Source of the DNA: an uncultured cyanobacterium
GTDB taxonomy: Bacteria > Cyanobacteriota > Cyanobacteriia > Pseudanabaenales > Pseudanabaenaceae
Direction: 5' to 3'
NCBI GenBank assembly: GCA_963703315.1
Contig: OY969811.1
Location: forward strand, 480,001 to 544,000
Length of the DNA: 64,000 bases
The translations under genes were made by a program, and so were the position numbers. Below the pieces are notes generated by a model. The model made no database searches. It saw only the letters and a list, made by a program, of their open reading frames with translations, and was not told the origin of the DNA. Shown here in pieces: positions 30,835 to 45,005 of the stretch (position 1 is its first letter; the number at the start of each line of letters is the position of its first letter).

Positions 30835-32169
30835 ATGAGCTTAATGCCCAAGCATTTATCTAACCCTGCTCCAAAACGTCAATCTCCCCAAACCTCTAAA
30901 ACAATACCTTTGAGGCAATGGTGCTTTTTTGCGAGTTTGACGATCGCCCTGCTATCAGGCTGTCAGAGTCAACCAACACCAACTCCTACAGCCGCTATAC
31001 CAGAGGTTACGAGTAAACCAACAGTCGCGGCGATCGCCAAAGATCCAGAGGGGATTTTAGAACGGGTAAAAGCGCGTGGCAAGCTGATCTGTGGCGTGAA
31101 TGGTAAACTGTTGGGATTTAGCTATGTCGATGACAAGGGCGTTTGGAGTGGCTTAGATGTAGACTATTGCAGAGCGATCGCCGCCGCCGTCTTGGGAGAT
31201 GCGAAGGCAGTTGAGTTTAAACCTCTGCTAGCGAAAGATCGCTTTACTTCAGTTCAAAATGGTGAAGTGGATGTGTTGATGCGAAATACAACCCGTACCT
31301 TGACTCGCGATGTTACTCCTAATATTTCCTTTGCACCTACGACTTTCTTTGATGGACAGGGAATTATGCTAAGGATTGGAGGACTAAAACCCACTTCCCC
31401 TTCTCCTAGCCCGACTGGTTCCCCAAATACTGCGTCACCATCGCCATCAGCCTCACCTAGCCCCAGCCCTAGTCCTGAGACAAACAAACCTGATATTAAA
31501 CCTGAGATCAAGTCGGACAGTAAAGATATTAAATCTGATAAGCAAACACCAAGAACCAATGAAGAATTGGCGATCGCTCTTAAGGAACTGACGGGTAAGA
31601 AAATCTGCGTAGAAACAGGAATAAATGCTTCCAATCTAGAATCGACATTTAAAGAAGCAAAAGTCGAGATTTCTACCGTCATTTTGCCTGATCTCGATAG
31701 TGTTTTGAGTGCTTATGCCAAAGGAGACTGTGAAGCAATTTCTTCAGAAAAATCACAGTTGGCAGCATGGAAAAGTAAGCTCCCACGGGTTGCCGATCAC
31801 AAGATTTTAGATCTGAGTTTATCCAAGGAGCCACTTAGCCCAGCGATCGTTAGTAATGACGATCGCTGGCGGGATGCAGTGACATGGGTAATTTATGCCA
31901 CTTTTTATGCGGAAGAATTGGGAATTAGTACCGATAACTACAGCGTTTTTAAAGATGCTAAAAATCCTGAAATATCGAAGTTTCTCGGTACATCTGATTC
32001 TCTAGGCATTGAGCTTGGTCTTGCCCCCAACTGGACAACCCAAATCCTTAAACAAGTAGGAAATTATAGTGATATTTATAATCGTAATCTAGTTCCCTTA
32101 GACATTCCACGCGGTTTAAATCGCTCTTGGAAGCAGGGTGGTTTACTCTATTCGATGCCCTTTCGCTAA
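30835..32169 (+). CDS. Amino-acid ABC transporter substrate-binding lipoprotein (AapJ/BztA/NatF-like)
   Basis: Lipobox LLSGC, RGKLICGVNG, GLDVDYCRAIAAAV, SKEPL, VGNY and GGLLYS motifs; the ORF-track start at 30778 lies inside the MITE. Confidence 0.88.
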   Translation: MSLMPKHLSNPAPKRQSPQTSKTIPLRQWCFFASLTIALLSGCQSQPTPTPTAAIPEVTSKPTVAAIAKDPEGILERVKARGKLICGVNGKLLGFSYVDDKGVWSGLDVDYCRAIAAAVLGDAKAVEFKPLLAKDRFTSVQNGEVDVLMRNTTRTLTRDVTPNISFAPTTFFDGQGIMLRIGGLKPTSPSPSPTGSPNTASPSPSASPSPSPSPETNKPDIKPEIKSDSKDIKSDKQTPRTNEELAIALKELTGKKICVETGINASNLESTFKEAKVEISTVILPDLDSVLSAYAKGDCEAISSEKSQLAAWKSKLPRVADHKILDLSLSKEPLSPAIVSNDDRWRDAVTWVIYATFYAEELGISTDNYSVFKDAKNPEISKFLGTSDSLGIELGLAPNWTTQILKQVGNYSDIYNRNLVPLDIPRGLNRSWKQGGLLYSMPFR

Positions 32170-32174
32170 TGAAA

Positions 32175-32253
32175 TATAGCGCTTTTCAAGCAAGTGAAGT
32201 ATGGAATTGTTTCCCCACCTTTGGCGGGGAAACAATTCCATACTTCATTAGAA
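32175..32253. repeat. Palindromic element, same family as 62640-62735
   Basis: tatagcgcttttcaagcaag then tgaagtatggaattgtttccccacc ttt ggcggggaaacaattccatacttca. Confidence 0.8.
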
Positions 32254-32304
32254 CCTATTTAAGAAAACAAGAGAGCAGCTAAAAGGGTATAAAAAAAGGG
32301 CAAG

Positions 32305-32400
32305 ATAGGACATAAACCCCAAGAAGCGAGGTGCGGCGCGGAGTGCCGCACCTCGCTTCTTGGGGTTTAGTTTGTACTAACCAACTCTTGCTTTGCTATA
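32305..32400. repeat. Palindromic element ending in GCTATA
   Basis: taaaccccaagaagcgaggtgcggcgc gga gtgccgcacctcgcttcttggggttta. Confidence 0.85.
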
Positions 32401-32451
32401 TACCTTGCTTTAATTCGTAAAATGTTACGTGATCTCACTCCCCAGACTTCT

Positions 32452-32566
32452 TATAGCGGTAGCCAGTTATGTTAGGACAAACCCAAAACCCAAAAGAGAG
32501 TTGCGGCGCTACGCGCCGCAACTCTCTTTTGGGTTTTATGTCTTAACTAAAATGGCTATAGCTATA
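32452..32566. mobile_element. MITE-like TATAGC...GCTATA element
   Basis: tatagcggtagcca ... aaaacccaaaagagagttgcggcgc tac gcgccgcaactctcttttgggtttt ... tggctatagctata. Confidence 0.75.
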
Positions 32567-32610
32567 AATGGATTCTAAAATACAGGCAATCACCAAACAC
32601 TCTCAAACCC

Positions 32611-32901
32611 ATGCCCCAAATCAATTTCCAAATTAGCTGGCCCAATGGTTCCGAACAGACTTGTTACTCTCCATCTCTAATTGTCAAAGAATATTTTGAA
32701 CCCAATGTTGAATATAAATTAGATGAGTTCATAGAATCTGCACGAACAGCCCTTAATATTGCTAGCGATCGCGTTCAAGCTAAGTATGGGTTTCCTTGTG
32801 GATTAGCGATCGGGCAGTTACAAGATATTGAAGCTAGAGCATCTGCGTATCAAAGTCTAGAAAATCCTAAAGTCAAGTTTATCCGCTTTATTGAGTCTTA
32901 G
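32611..32901 (+). CDS. MSMEG_0570 family protein (Nit1C cluster member)
   Basis: MP..F.I.WPNG....CYSPSL, ALNIASDRVQAKYGFPC and QL..IE motifs. Confidence 0.85.
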   Translation: MPQINFQISWPNGSEQTCYSPSLIVKEYFEPNVEYKLDEFIESARTALNIASDRVQAKYGFPCGLAIGQLQDIEARASAYQSLENPKVKFIRFIES

Positions 32902-32907
32902 ACCTGT

Positions 32908-32936
32908 AAAGTTGCGCCCCTGCGGGGCGCAACTTT
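32908..32936 (+). terminator. Hairpin after the MSMEG_0570-like gene
   Basis: aaagttgcgcccc tgc ggggcgcaacttt. Confidence 0.6.
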
Positions 32937-33044
32937 GCGGGTTTGGGTTTGGTAGTTCATCTACCTACAATCTTTCGCCAAGATTGGTTTACTGTAATCC
33001 TGTGAGTTATGATGCTCTGAGTGCGTTTAGGTAAATAAAAGTCC

Positions 33045-34319
33045 GTGTTAGACATTAAGCTCGTGCGATCGCAGCCCGAACAGGTGCAAGCTCGCCTCAA
33101 CAGTCGAGGCAAAGGTTACGACATTAGTAGACTGGTCGAACTAGAGCAGGAAGTTCGTGCCTTAGAAACTCAGCGATCGCATTTGCAAGCCGAAAGCAAT
33201 GACATCGGTAAGCAAGTTGGCATCAAAATGAAATCAGGTGCGCCCGCCGCCGAAATTGAAGCACTCAAAGCGCGATCGCCCGAAATCAAACAACAACTAG
33301 CAGAACTAGAACCCAAAGAAAAAGCACTGCGTGAAGAAAGCAATGCCATCTTGATGACCTTGCCCAATTTGCCTAGCGAAACCACTCCCATCGGTGCAAA
33401 TGAAACCGAAAATGTGGAAATCCGACGTTGGGGTGATGAATATAAAACTACGCGCTCCGATATTCTGCCCCACTGGGAAATTGGCGAAAAACTAGGCATT
33501 CTCAATTTTGAACGGGCTGTTAAAATCTCTCAAGCTCGCTTTGTAAACTTAATCGGTGCTGGTGCTGCCCTCGAACGTGCCTTAATTCAGTTCATGCTGA
33601 ATACCCATACCGCCAATGGCTATGTGGAAGTCGCACCGCCGCTTTTGGTGAATACTGCTAGCATGACAGGCACTGGACAATTACCGAAGTTTGCCGAAGA
33701 CTTATTCAAATGTGCCGAAGATGAACTGTGGCTGATTCCCACTGCGGAAGTCCCTGTGACGAACTTATATCGCGATGAAATCTTTGAGGAAGAATCTTTA
33801 CCTGTTCATCATTGCGCCTATACCCCATGTTTTCGTCGAGAAGCAGGTAGCTATGGACGTGATACTAGAGGCTTGATTCGGTTGCACCAGTTCAACAAAG
33901 TGGAACTCGTTAAATTTGTGCGTCCCGAAAACTCGGCGGCAGAGCATGAACAACTAGTACGTGATGCGGAATCAATTTTGCAAGCCTTGAAACTTCCCTA
34001 TCGAGTGCTTGAACTCTGTACAGGTGATATAGGCTTTAGTGCAGCGAAATGTTACGACCTTGAAGTATGGCTACCGACCGCAAATACCTATCGCGAAATT
34101 TCTAGCTGCTCGAACTTTCTTGATTTCCAAGCCCGACGTGCGAATATTCGCTTTAAGAGTAAGGGCAAGAAGGGAACGGAATTTTTGCATACGCTCAATG
34201 GCTCAGGATTGGCAGTTGGACGCACTATGTCCGCAATTCTAGAAAACTATCAGCAACCTGACGGACGAATTTTAATTCCTGAAGTGTTACAACCTCTGTT
34301 AAACAGAGAATATCTCTAA
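33045..34319 (+). CDS. serS: Serine--tRNA ligase
   Basis: MLDIKL start, [41 protein letters not shown] and [11 protein letters not shown] motifs. Confidence 0.98.
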   Translation: MLDIKLVRSQPEQVQARLNSRGKGYDISRLVELEQEVRALETQRSHLQAESNDIGKQVGIKMKSGAPAAEIEALKARSPEIKQQLAELEPKEKALREESNAILMTLPNLPSETTPIGANETENVEIRRWGDEYKTTRSDILPHWEIGEKLGILNFERAVKISQARFVNLIGAGAALERALIQFMLNTHTANGYVEVAPPLLVNTASMTGTGQLPKFAEDLFKCAEDELWLIPTAEVPVTNLYRDEIFEEESLPVHHCAYTPCFRREAGSYGRDTRGLIRLHQFNKVELVKFVRPENSAAEHEQLVRDAESILQALKLPYRVLELCTGDIGFSAAKCYDLEVWLPTANTYREISSCSNFLDFQARRANIRFKSKGKKGTEFLHTLNGSGLAVGRTMSAILENYQQPDGRILIPEVLQPLLNREYL

Positions 34320-34370
34320 AAAAAGCAATCTGTACGTGCTTTTTTTAGAAAACTATCGCGAGACTCAACT

Positions 34371-35042
34371 ATGGCAACAATCCACCGACTGCATCCCGAC
34401 AATCCCCAAGCCCGCACGATCGCTCAGATTGTGAATGCTTTGCGTGATGGGGCGGTCATGCTCTATCCGACGGATACTGTCTATGCGATCGGTTGCGACC
34501 TAATGTCTAAGTCAGCTCTAGAACGTGTGCGTAAACTCAAGCAGATGTCGAATGACAAGCCGCTGACATTTTTATGCTCATCGCTCTCGAATATTGCAGA
34601 ATATGCGATCGTTTCTAATGCTAACTATCGCACGATGAAAAGCTTGGTTCCAGGTCCTTTTACCTTCATTTTGCCAGCGACTAAGCTTGTCCCAAAATTA
34701 GTCCAAAATCCTAAACGCAAAACTACAGGGATTCGCGTTCCTGATCATGGCGTATCTCAGACGATAATTGAGGCGTTAGGAAATCCGATTATTTCCACAT
34801 CGGCAAATTTGACGGAAGACGATCTGGATGATGAGGACTTTAGCTCTCAGAACAAAAATAATAAGCAGCGCAATGTTTGTAATTTGCCTAAAATTGAGCT
34901 ATTTGATTATTTTTCTAAGTTAGTTGATTTCATCGTCGATGACGGCTCTGACCATAGCTATGAAGTTTCTACTATCCTCGACTTGACCGATGATCTCAAT
35001 CCGCAAGTCCTGCGTCAAGGTTTAGGCAAAGTAGACTTCTAA
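34371..35042 (+). CDS. Sua5/YciO/YrdC family protein (YciO-like)
   Basis: HPDNPQ, YPTDTVYAIGC, PGPFTFIL, GIRVP and STSAN motifs. Confidence 0.9.
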   Translation: MATIHRLHPDNPQARTIAQIVNALRDGAVMLYPTDTVYAIGCDLMSKSALERVRKLKQMSNDKPLTFLCSSLSNIAEYAIVSNANYRTMKSLVPGPFTFILPATKLVPKLVQNPKRKTTGIRVPDHGVSQTIIEALGNPIISTSANLTEDDLDDEDFSSQNKNNKQRNVCNLPKIELFDYFSKLVDFIVDDGSDHSYEVSTILDLTDDLNPQVLRQGLGKVDF

Positions 35043-35088
35043 TAAAAAGAGTAGCAGCGCTTAGCGCTGCTACTCTTTTTATTAGAAG
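35036..35088. repeat. Perfect palindrome with 25-bp arms that include the upstream gene's last codon and stop
   Basis: cttctaataaaaagagtagcagcgc tta gcgctgctactctttttattagaag. Confidence 0.9.
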
Positions 35089-35135
35089 CTTAGTTGCACC
35101 GCAACTAAGCTTTTGGGTGACTGGTGACAAGATAT

Positions 35136-37473
<2,338 letters not shown>

Positions 37474-37668
37474 CTAATACCTGTACGTTTAAATTTTTTT
37501 GATTACTTGTCTCCATCTTACTTTGCAAAGCTTAATAATTTACTAATTTTTTGCCAAAACCAGAGAGGACTAGCTCCTAACTTTTGATGCTGGTGTGGGA
37601 TTTTTCCAGTACTATGCCTCTTTGTTTTACTGCTCACGCCTTACCTAACCAGTGATGCGCTCAGCTAC

Positions 37669-38376
37669 TTATACTGTTTGCAAATTTTGCATCGCTCGTT
37701 GCGCGTAATAACGCATCTCTTCAGCCCTGCGCCATAATTCTTGTCCTGTATGTAAATGATGATCGTCAAAATTTAAGGTGAAATAATTTAATTCTTCGAT
37801 GCCGTCACTAATCGCATTGAGACAATGGTAAAGATAGCTAGCGATTCCTGCGGCTGAGGCAGGATTAGGAAATGCCCTAAAGAAGATTTGCGCTTTGGCG
37901 TAGGAGCCACGACATTCATCAATATAGTCTTCAAAATCTTCCATCAGTCCATCATCGTACGGATCATCCGCCAATGCATCAATCTGTTCATCTAGACTAT
38001 CGAGAATAACTTCCAGCATTTCGATGATTGGCTCATAAACCTGTCTCAGCCATTGATTTAGCTTCTGATCTTCATTGAGATGGGTTTCACGCTTGGAAGG
38101 CGATCGCTTGATGCCATGAGATGCGCTATTAGGATTGTGTTTAATACCAAGACTGCGATCGTAATGAGCGCGAGATTGGGGATTGCTCAGCACCTCGTAA
38201 GCAAGATTAATTGAGGCAATATCATCGTGATTATCAAGGTGGTGATTACAATCAGGATGAAACTCTTTGACCAGACCACGATAGGCACTCTTGACCTCAG
38301 CAGGAGCAGCGTTATAGCTAATTCTTAGGGTCTTGTAATGATTGATTTGTTGGATGCGATCGCTTGTCCTAGCCAT
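37669..38376 (-). CDS. J-domain (DnaJ type III) protein
   Basis: NHYKTL, FHPD, INLAYEVLS..R..YD; C-terminal LADDPYDD domain. Confidence 0.9.
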   Translation of the reverse strand: MARTSDRIQQINHYKTLRISYNAAPAEVKSAYRGLVKEFHPDCNHHLDNHDDIASINLAYEVLSNPQSRAHYDRSLGIKHNPNSASHGIKRSPSKRETHLNEDQKLNQWLRQVYEPIIEMLEVILDSLDEQIDALADDPYDDGLMEDFEDYIDECRGSYAKAQIFFRAFPNPASAAGIASYLYHCLNAISDGIEELNYFTLNFDDHHLHTGQELWRRAEEMRYYAQRAMQNLQTV

Positions 38377-38659
38377 GTCCTTAGTGATTAATCTACGTGT
38401 ATGCTGATTTTTTTATGCTTGTCATACCGAATGTATGGATCTCGATATTCTCGAAACGTGAATTTCTAAACAGTGCAAAACTTATCTATTAAGCATTTTG
38501 CAGGGATATTCTATCAACGTCAACCACTTGACATTTAACGATCTGATTCATCACCGCCTGAAACATTGACCCAAAAATCGTAGGAGAAATCTTACCCCAA
38601 TCAAATCCACAAGCCGAATAGATGCACATGGTTCACAAAATCCTTTTCCCATCCCTGAC

Positions 38660-38830
38660 ATGGCTGGCAAAGTGAAAATCTTAGGTGATATTGTAAGTCC
38701 CATTGTCGATGAAGAGGACTGGGAATGTCTGAAATATCTGAAATAATTTTTCTCGACACACATATTTGGATATGGCTAATCAACTCAAACGTCGATCAGT
38801 TTCTCTCATCTTGGCTTGAGCATTTTGAGT
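38660..38830 (+). pseudogene. Remnant VapBC-type toxin-antitoxin pair (antitoxin C-terminus plus truncated PIN toxin)
   Basis: 38660-38746 MAGKVKILGDIVSPIVDEEDWECLKYLK*; overlapping ATG at 38725 gives MSEISEIIFLDTHIWIWLIN..., which ends in the ndhJ terminator. Confidence 0.7.
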
Positions 38831-38870
38831 TAAAAAGAGAGAAGCACCCGTCGGGTGCTTCTCTCTTTAA
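38831..38870 (-). terminator. ndhCKJ terminator hairpin
   Basis: aaagagagaagcaccc gtc gggtgcttctctcttt. Confidence 0.75.
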
Positions 38871-39406
38871 TATGCGTCTTGTAATTCGTAAAAGTCTGGT
38901 GTGACGTAATCCTTACGCATCGGATAGCCGATCCAGTCTTCGGGCATGAGAATCCGCTTGAGATTGGGATGTCCTTCGTAGATGATGCCGTACATATCGA
39001 AGGTTTCGCGCTCTTGCCAATCTGCTGTTTTCCAGATCCAGTAGACCGATGGACAACGGGGATCGGTGCGAGGCAGAAATACCTTAATGCGGACTTCTTC
39101 AAGGCGATTGCTTTTATTAATCCCCTCATCACTGAGCTTACCCAGATGATAAACACTCACCAAACTATCGCCAGCACCAGCATCATAACCACATTGCATC
39201 ATCAAGTAGTTAAAGCCATAGGCATAAAGCGCAGTGGAAAATGGAAGTAAAAATTGGCGATCAATTTTGAGAATGGGAACGCCTTGCTTATCTAAGCCCA
39301 AAAACTCATGCTCAAAACCATTGCTAGTTAGCCATTGCGAGACTGGGGCAGTTACCTCAGTCGTAGCTAAAGCCGCTTCTTGATTTTCTGATTGATTATC
39401 TGCCAA
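38867..39406 (-). CDS. ndhJ: NDH-1 subunit J
   Basis: [24 protein letters not shown] and [22 protein letters not shown] motifs. Confidence 0.97.
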   Translation of the reverse strand: MADNQSENQEAALATTEVTAPVSQWLTSNGFEHEFLGLDKQGVPILKIDRQFLLPFSTALYAYGFNYLMMQCGYDAGAGDSLVSVYHLGKLSDEGINKSNRLEEVRIKVFLPRTDPRCPSVYWIWKTADWQERETFDMYGIIYEGHPNLKRILMPEDWIGYPMRKDYVTPDFYELQDAY

Positions 39407-40142
39407 CGGTTTCGACCTCCTTCTGAGCCATTTGCAATGCAGGTAAAGGAATGCCAGATTCGACTAATTCCTTGGGTGGAGCCATACGGCTAGGCATTTC
39501 TAGGTATTGTCCAGTTAGGATGGGGCTAACCACCTTCATCTCATGCTTGATTGCATAATAACGATGGGTGCGATCGAGATTCGCTCTTTCGTTAAACCCT
39601 TCAGTACCAATTTTTTTGCGTAATTTGATGATTGCGTCCATGATTGCTTCAGGACGAGGAGGACATCCGGGGATATACACATCAACGGGAATTAACTTAT
39701 CAACACCGCGTACTGTTGTATAGGAATCGGTGCTAAACATTCCGCCCGTAATCGTGCAAGCGCCCATCGCAATTACATATTTTGGTTCTTGCATCTGCTC
39801 ATAGAGACGCACCAATGCAGGAGCCATTTTCATGGTGACTGTGCCTGCGGTGATGATCAAGTCAGCTTGGCGAGGACTGGAACGAGGCAATAGACCAAAG
39901 CGATCGAAGTCAAATCTAGAGCCGATCATCGCTGCAAACTCAATGAAGCAGCAGCTAGTGCCATAGAGCATTGGCCAAAGGCTAGACATTCTCGACCAGT
40001 TATAGAGGTCATTGAGAGTGGTCAAAATGACATTATTGGACAAGTCTTGAGTGACTTGTGGTGTGGCGGCAGGATTGATAAGGCGTTGAGTTTGTTCTTC
40101 AATGCTAAAGTCCAGACCAACATTTTCGGATTTCATGACCAT
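39396..40142 (-). CDS. ndhK: NDH-1 subunit K
   Basis: [27 protein letters not shown] and PGCPPRPE motifs; probable ATG at 40142. Confidence 0.97.
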   Translation of the reverse strand: MVMKSENVGLDFSIEEQTQRLINPAATPQVTQDLSNNVILTTLNDLYNWSRMSSLWPMLYGTSCCFIEFAAMIGSRFDFDRFGLLPRSSPRQADLIITAGTVTMKMAPALVRLYEQMQEPKYVIAMGACTITGGMFSTDSYTTVRGVDKLIPVDVYIPGCPPRPEAIMDAIIKLRKKIGTEGFNERANLDRTHRYYAIKHEMKVVSPILTGQYLEMPSRMAPPKELVESGIPLPALQMAQKEVETVGR

Positions 40143-40492
40143 TCTAAGGCTCCTTTTCTCCAAGCGTAGACTAGACCTAAGACAAGAATGCTAATAAAGA
40201 TTAGTGCTTCCACAAAGGCAAGTAAGCCTAGTTTACTAAATGCGACTGCCCAAGGGTATAGAAATACCGTTTCTACGTCGAAAATTACGAAGGCAAGCGC
40301 GAACATATAATAACGAATATTAAACTGGATCCAAGCTCCCCCAATGGGTTCACAGCCAGACTCGTAGGTGGTGCGACCTGCGGCTCCAGACTGCTTTGGG
40401 CTTAAAAGACCAGATAGTACTAATCCCAATATCGGGACAAGCGTACAAACGATAATGAATACCAATAAGTATTCGTATCCGCTTAAAACCAA
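40133..40492 (-). CDS. ndhC: NDH-1 subunit C (subunit 3)
   Basis: [31 protein letters not shown] and WRKGALEWS motifs. Confidence 0.97.
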   Translation of the reverse strand: MVLSGYEYLLVFIIVCTLVPILGLVLSGLLSPKQSGAAGRTTYESGCEPIGGAWIQFNIRYYMFALAFVIFDVETVFLYPWAVAFSKLGLLAFVEALIFISILVLGLVYAWRKGALEWS

Positions 40493-40880
40493 AATTTATT
40501 ACCTCTTCAAGCTAGCTTGACTAAATTCTAATTTGTGACGTGCCTTAGCTACTGCTACAAATTAGGAGATTCTGATTACATTATATGGGTGTGGTGGTAG
40601 ATGAAAATTTGTTACAGACTAGAAATTTTTCTATAGTTTGGCTTATATAATTGAAACTTATGTCAAATGCTGTTAATTCAAGGCTTTAGCGGCGATCGCA
40701 GTTTTCGACTACCCCGCAATCATTTTGTATTAATTTCATTAATTTATCCCAGAATATATTTCTACAATCGCTTTTATTGCTGTTTTTACTACACAATTTA
40801 AAATTTATGCTGGGCATTGCAAAGCCTTGTCTAGCATAGAAAACAAAACAATTTTTAATTAAAAATTTTTAGGAGAAACC

Positions 40881-41615
40881 ATGAGTCAAGGTTTGGCAAC
40901 GCTTTTGCGTGTAGGCACACAAAAATCTCACTCAGCAGCAGAGAGTACTGATTTTATTAAATGCTTTTTAAAAGGCGTAGTTGACAAGACCTCCTATAGC
41001 AGACTTGTCGGGAACCTTTACTTTGTTTACAAAGCGATCGAAGCAGAGTTTGAAGTTCACAAAAATGATCCAGTTCTGAGCAAGCTCTACTACCGCGAAT
41101 TGTGGCGCGAAAAGAGCCTAGAACTCGATATGTTGTTTTACTTTGGCTCCAACTGGCGCGAAGATTTTAAGCCTACCCCTGCTTGCGAAAAGTATCTTGC
41201 CCGTATCCGTGAGATTTCGGCGACTGATCCTGTTTTGCTAGTAGCTCATGCTTACACTCGCTACATGGGCGATCTTTCGGGTGGTCAAATCCTTAAGAAA
41301 ATCGCCAAAGAGGCGATGGGCTTACAGGATGAAAGGGGTACTGCCTTCTACGAATTTGACGACATCCGCAATCATGGCGAATTCAAAAAGCGCTACCGTG
41401 AAGCTCTGGATACCTTACCTGTAGATGCCGCCACTGCTGAACGCATTGTTGATGAGGCTAATGCTTCGTTCCACATGAATATGGCAATGTTCCGCGAGCT
41501 AGAAGGTAATTGGTTTGTGGCTCTAACTAAGTTTGGCTGGAATTCTTTAGTTACGAAGATCAAGGGTGAACCCAAAAACACCTCTGTCCGTCGCGAATCT
41601 AATGCGGCTAGCTAA
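40881..41615 (+). CDS. Heme oxygenase (biliverdin-producing)
   Basis: GTQKSHSAAE, FIKCFLKGVV, AHAYTRYMGDLSGGQIL and EANASF motifs. Confidence 0.95.
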   Translation: MSQGLATLLRVGTQKSHSAAESTDFIKCFLKGVVDKTSYSRLVGNLYFVYKAIEAEFEVHKNDPVLSKLYYRELWREKSLELDMLFYFGSNWREDFKPTPACEKYLARIREISATDPVLLVAHAYTRYMGDLSGGQILKKIAKEAMGLQDERGTAFYEFDDIRNHGEFKKRYREALDTLPVDAATAERIVDEANASFHMNMAMFRELEGNWFVALTKFGWNSLVTKIKGEPKNTSVRRESNAAS

Positions 41616-41622
41616 TTAACAA

Positions 41623-41659
41623 CAATAAAAAAGGGGCGCTTCGCGCCCCTTTTTTATTG
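41623..41659. terminator. Palindrome and bidirectional terminator overlapping the gor stop
   Basis: caataaaaaaggggcgc ttc gcgccccttttttattg. Confidence 0.85.
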
Positions 41660-43024
41660 CATGGTGACAAATTCTTCGGCGGCAGTGGGGTGCATTGCCA
41701 TCGTATTATCTAGATCTTTTTTGCAACCGCCCATTGTGACGACTAGGGACATACCTTGAATGATTTCGGCAGCATCTTTACCGACCATGTGCAAACCGAC
41801 AACTCGTTCCTCTTCACCAACGACAATTAATTTCATCATTGTTTTCGCTTCCCCACCTGCGAGACTGTAAAACATGGGGCGAAACTTAGTTTTATAGACC
41901 TTCACCAGATCGCCATATACTTCACGCGCCTTTTCTTCAGATAAGCCAACGCTAGCGGCTTCGGGTTGAGAGAAGACAGCCGAGGGAATATTTTTGTGGC
42001 TAATATAACGTGGTTTATGTCCATAAACCGTATCGGCAAAGGCGCGACCTTCAGCGATCGCCACAGGTGTTAAATTCACGCGATTGGTACAGTCACCGAT
42101 CGCATAGATATGGGGTTGATTGGTACAGCTATCTTTGGTAACGGCGATCGCGCCCTTAACAACTGCGATTCCTGCTTGCTCTAGCTTGAGGGGGACAAGA
42201 TTTGGATTACGTCCTGTTGCCGCTAAGACAACATCAGCATTGACCTGTTGCGCCTTGCCTTCTCCATCATTAAAGGAAATCGTTAATGCGTTTTCATGTT
42301 CCTGACTATTCTTGGCAATCTTGAGGGAATTGCTATCAATGCAGGTGTGGAAATTGATGCCGTGATTGAACATCCCTTCTTGCACGTTGGTACGCACATC
42401 GTTGTCAAATCCTTTTAAGACATAGCGATCGCGGATTATTTGCGTAACTTCGGCTCCAAGTCCCCGCATGATACCTGCAAACTCAGTCCCAATATAACCA
42501 CCCCCAATCACCGCAAATCGTTTGGGAAACTGCGGCAACAAAAACATCTCTTTAGATGTGATGGTATATTCAATACCTGCTAAATCAGGTTTGAAGGCTT
42601 CACCTCCTACCGAAATCAAGATGCGTTCGGCGGTAAATTGGCGATCGCCCACTGCTACTGTATGAGCATCAACAAATTTGGTAAATCCTGAAATTAGCTC
42701 CACATTATTCTTTTCTAAGAAACTAATGTGCAGTTTATTTAATCTTGATACTTCTGTTTGAATAGCATCGCGTAGTTTCTCCCAATTCAAAATTCCTTCA
42801 GGAATTGTCCAGCCATAGCCTGTTGATTCGTGGGAGAAATGGGAAAAGTGGGAGGCATAAACCATCAACTTTTTGGGAACACAACCACGAATTACACAAG
42901 TCCCACCTACTAAATCACCTTCCGCGATCGCTACTTTTGCCCCATAGCTGGCGGCGCGTTTTGATGCGGCAAGCCCCCCACTACCTGCACCAATTACAAA
43001 TAAGTCATAATCAAAATTTGTCAT
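41654..43024 (-). CDS. gor: Glutathione-disulfide reductase
   Basis: YDLFVIGAGSGG, GGTCVIRGCVPKK, GGGYIG and HPTAAEEFVTM motifs; true ATG at 43024, as the longer ORF starts inside the MITE. Confidence 0.95.
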   Translation of the reverse strand: MTNFDYDLFVIGAGSGGLAASKRAASYGAKVAIAEGDLVGGTCVIRGCVPKKLMVYASHFSHFSHESTGYGWTIPEGILNWEKLRDAIQTEVSRLNKLHISFLEKNNVELISGFTKFVDAHTVAVGDRQFTAERILISVGGEAFKPDLAGIEYTITSKEMFLLPQFPKRFAVIGGGYIGTEFAGIMRGLGAEVTQIIRDRYVLKGFDNDVRTNVQEGMFNHGINFHTCIDSNSLKIAKNSQEHENALTISFNDGEGKAQQVNADVVLAATGRNPNLVPLKLEQAGIAVVKGAIAVTKDSCTNQPHIYAIGDCTNRVNLTPVAIAEGRAFADTVYGHKPRYISHKNIPSAVFSQPEAASVGLSEEKAREVYGDLVKVYKTKFRPMFYSLAGGEAKTMMKLIVVGEEERVVGLHMVGKDAAEIIQGMSLVVTMGGCKKDLDNTMAMHPTAAEEFVTMQ

Positions 43025-43035
43025 ATTTTTATTTG

Positions 43036-43150
43036 TATAGCTGTCGCCAGTCTTGTTAGGACACAAAACCAGAAGACGAGTAGCGGCGCTTCGCGCCGCT
43101 ACTCGCTTCTTGGCTTTGGATTTGTCTTAATACCAATGGCGACAGCTATA
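43036..43150. mobile_element. MITE-like element with 14-bp TIR TATAGCTGTCGCCA
   Basis: tatagctgtcgcca ... cgagtagcggcgc ttc gcgccgctactcg ... tggcgacagctata. Confidence 0.8.
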
Positions 43151-43178
43151 AGTTATATGGATAAATTGTCCACATCTT

Positions 43179-43281
43179 ATACCAAAACTAAAAATGGTGT
43201 AGCCATTTTTAGTTTTGAAAGCCTTTACTGGGTTTGTTTTTTAATTTACAAAAGTGTGACAACACTTTTGTAAATTGGTAT
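43179..43281. repeat. 103-bp double-hairpin element, copy A
   Basis: ATACCAA...TTGGTAT ends; near-identical to the reverse complement of 49668-49770. Confidence 0.9.
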
Positions 43282-43319
43282 AGCTCTATTAAATTTTTGT
43301 CTTGCACTTAGAAAATTTC

Positions 43320-43353
43320 AATAAAAAAGAGGGTATATACCCTCTTTTTTATT
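43320..43353 (-). terminator. atp operon terminator
   Basis: aataaaaaagagggtatataccctcttttttatt just downstream of atpA. Confidence 0.8.
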
Positions 43354-43367
43354 AGCTTGTTTGTTAA

Positions 43368-44894
<1,527 letters not shown>

Positions 44895-44937
44895 TTACCA
44901 GTTATCAGCGATCGATTTGTTTTTAATGTTTTAGGGG

Positions 44938-44964
44938 TTAGCAATTAGCTATTAGCTATTAGCT
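44938..44964. repeat. Heptamer tandem repeat (STRR-like)
   Basis: ttagcaa ttagcta ttagcta ttagct. Confidence 0.7.
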
Positions 44965-45005
44965 TTTTAATGATTGGAGTAGTAATTCGTAATTACTATT
45001 ACCTT

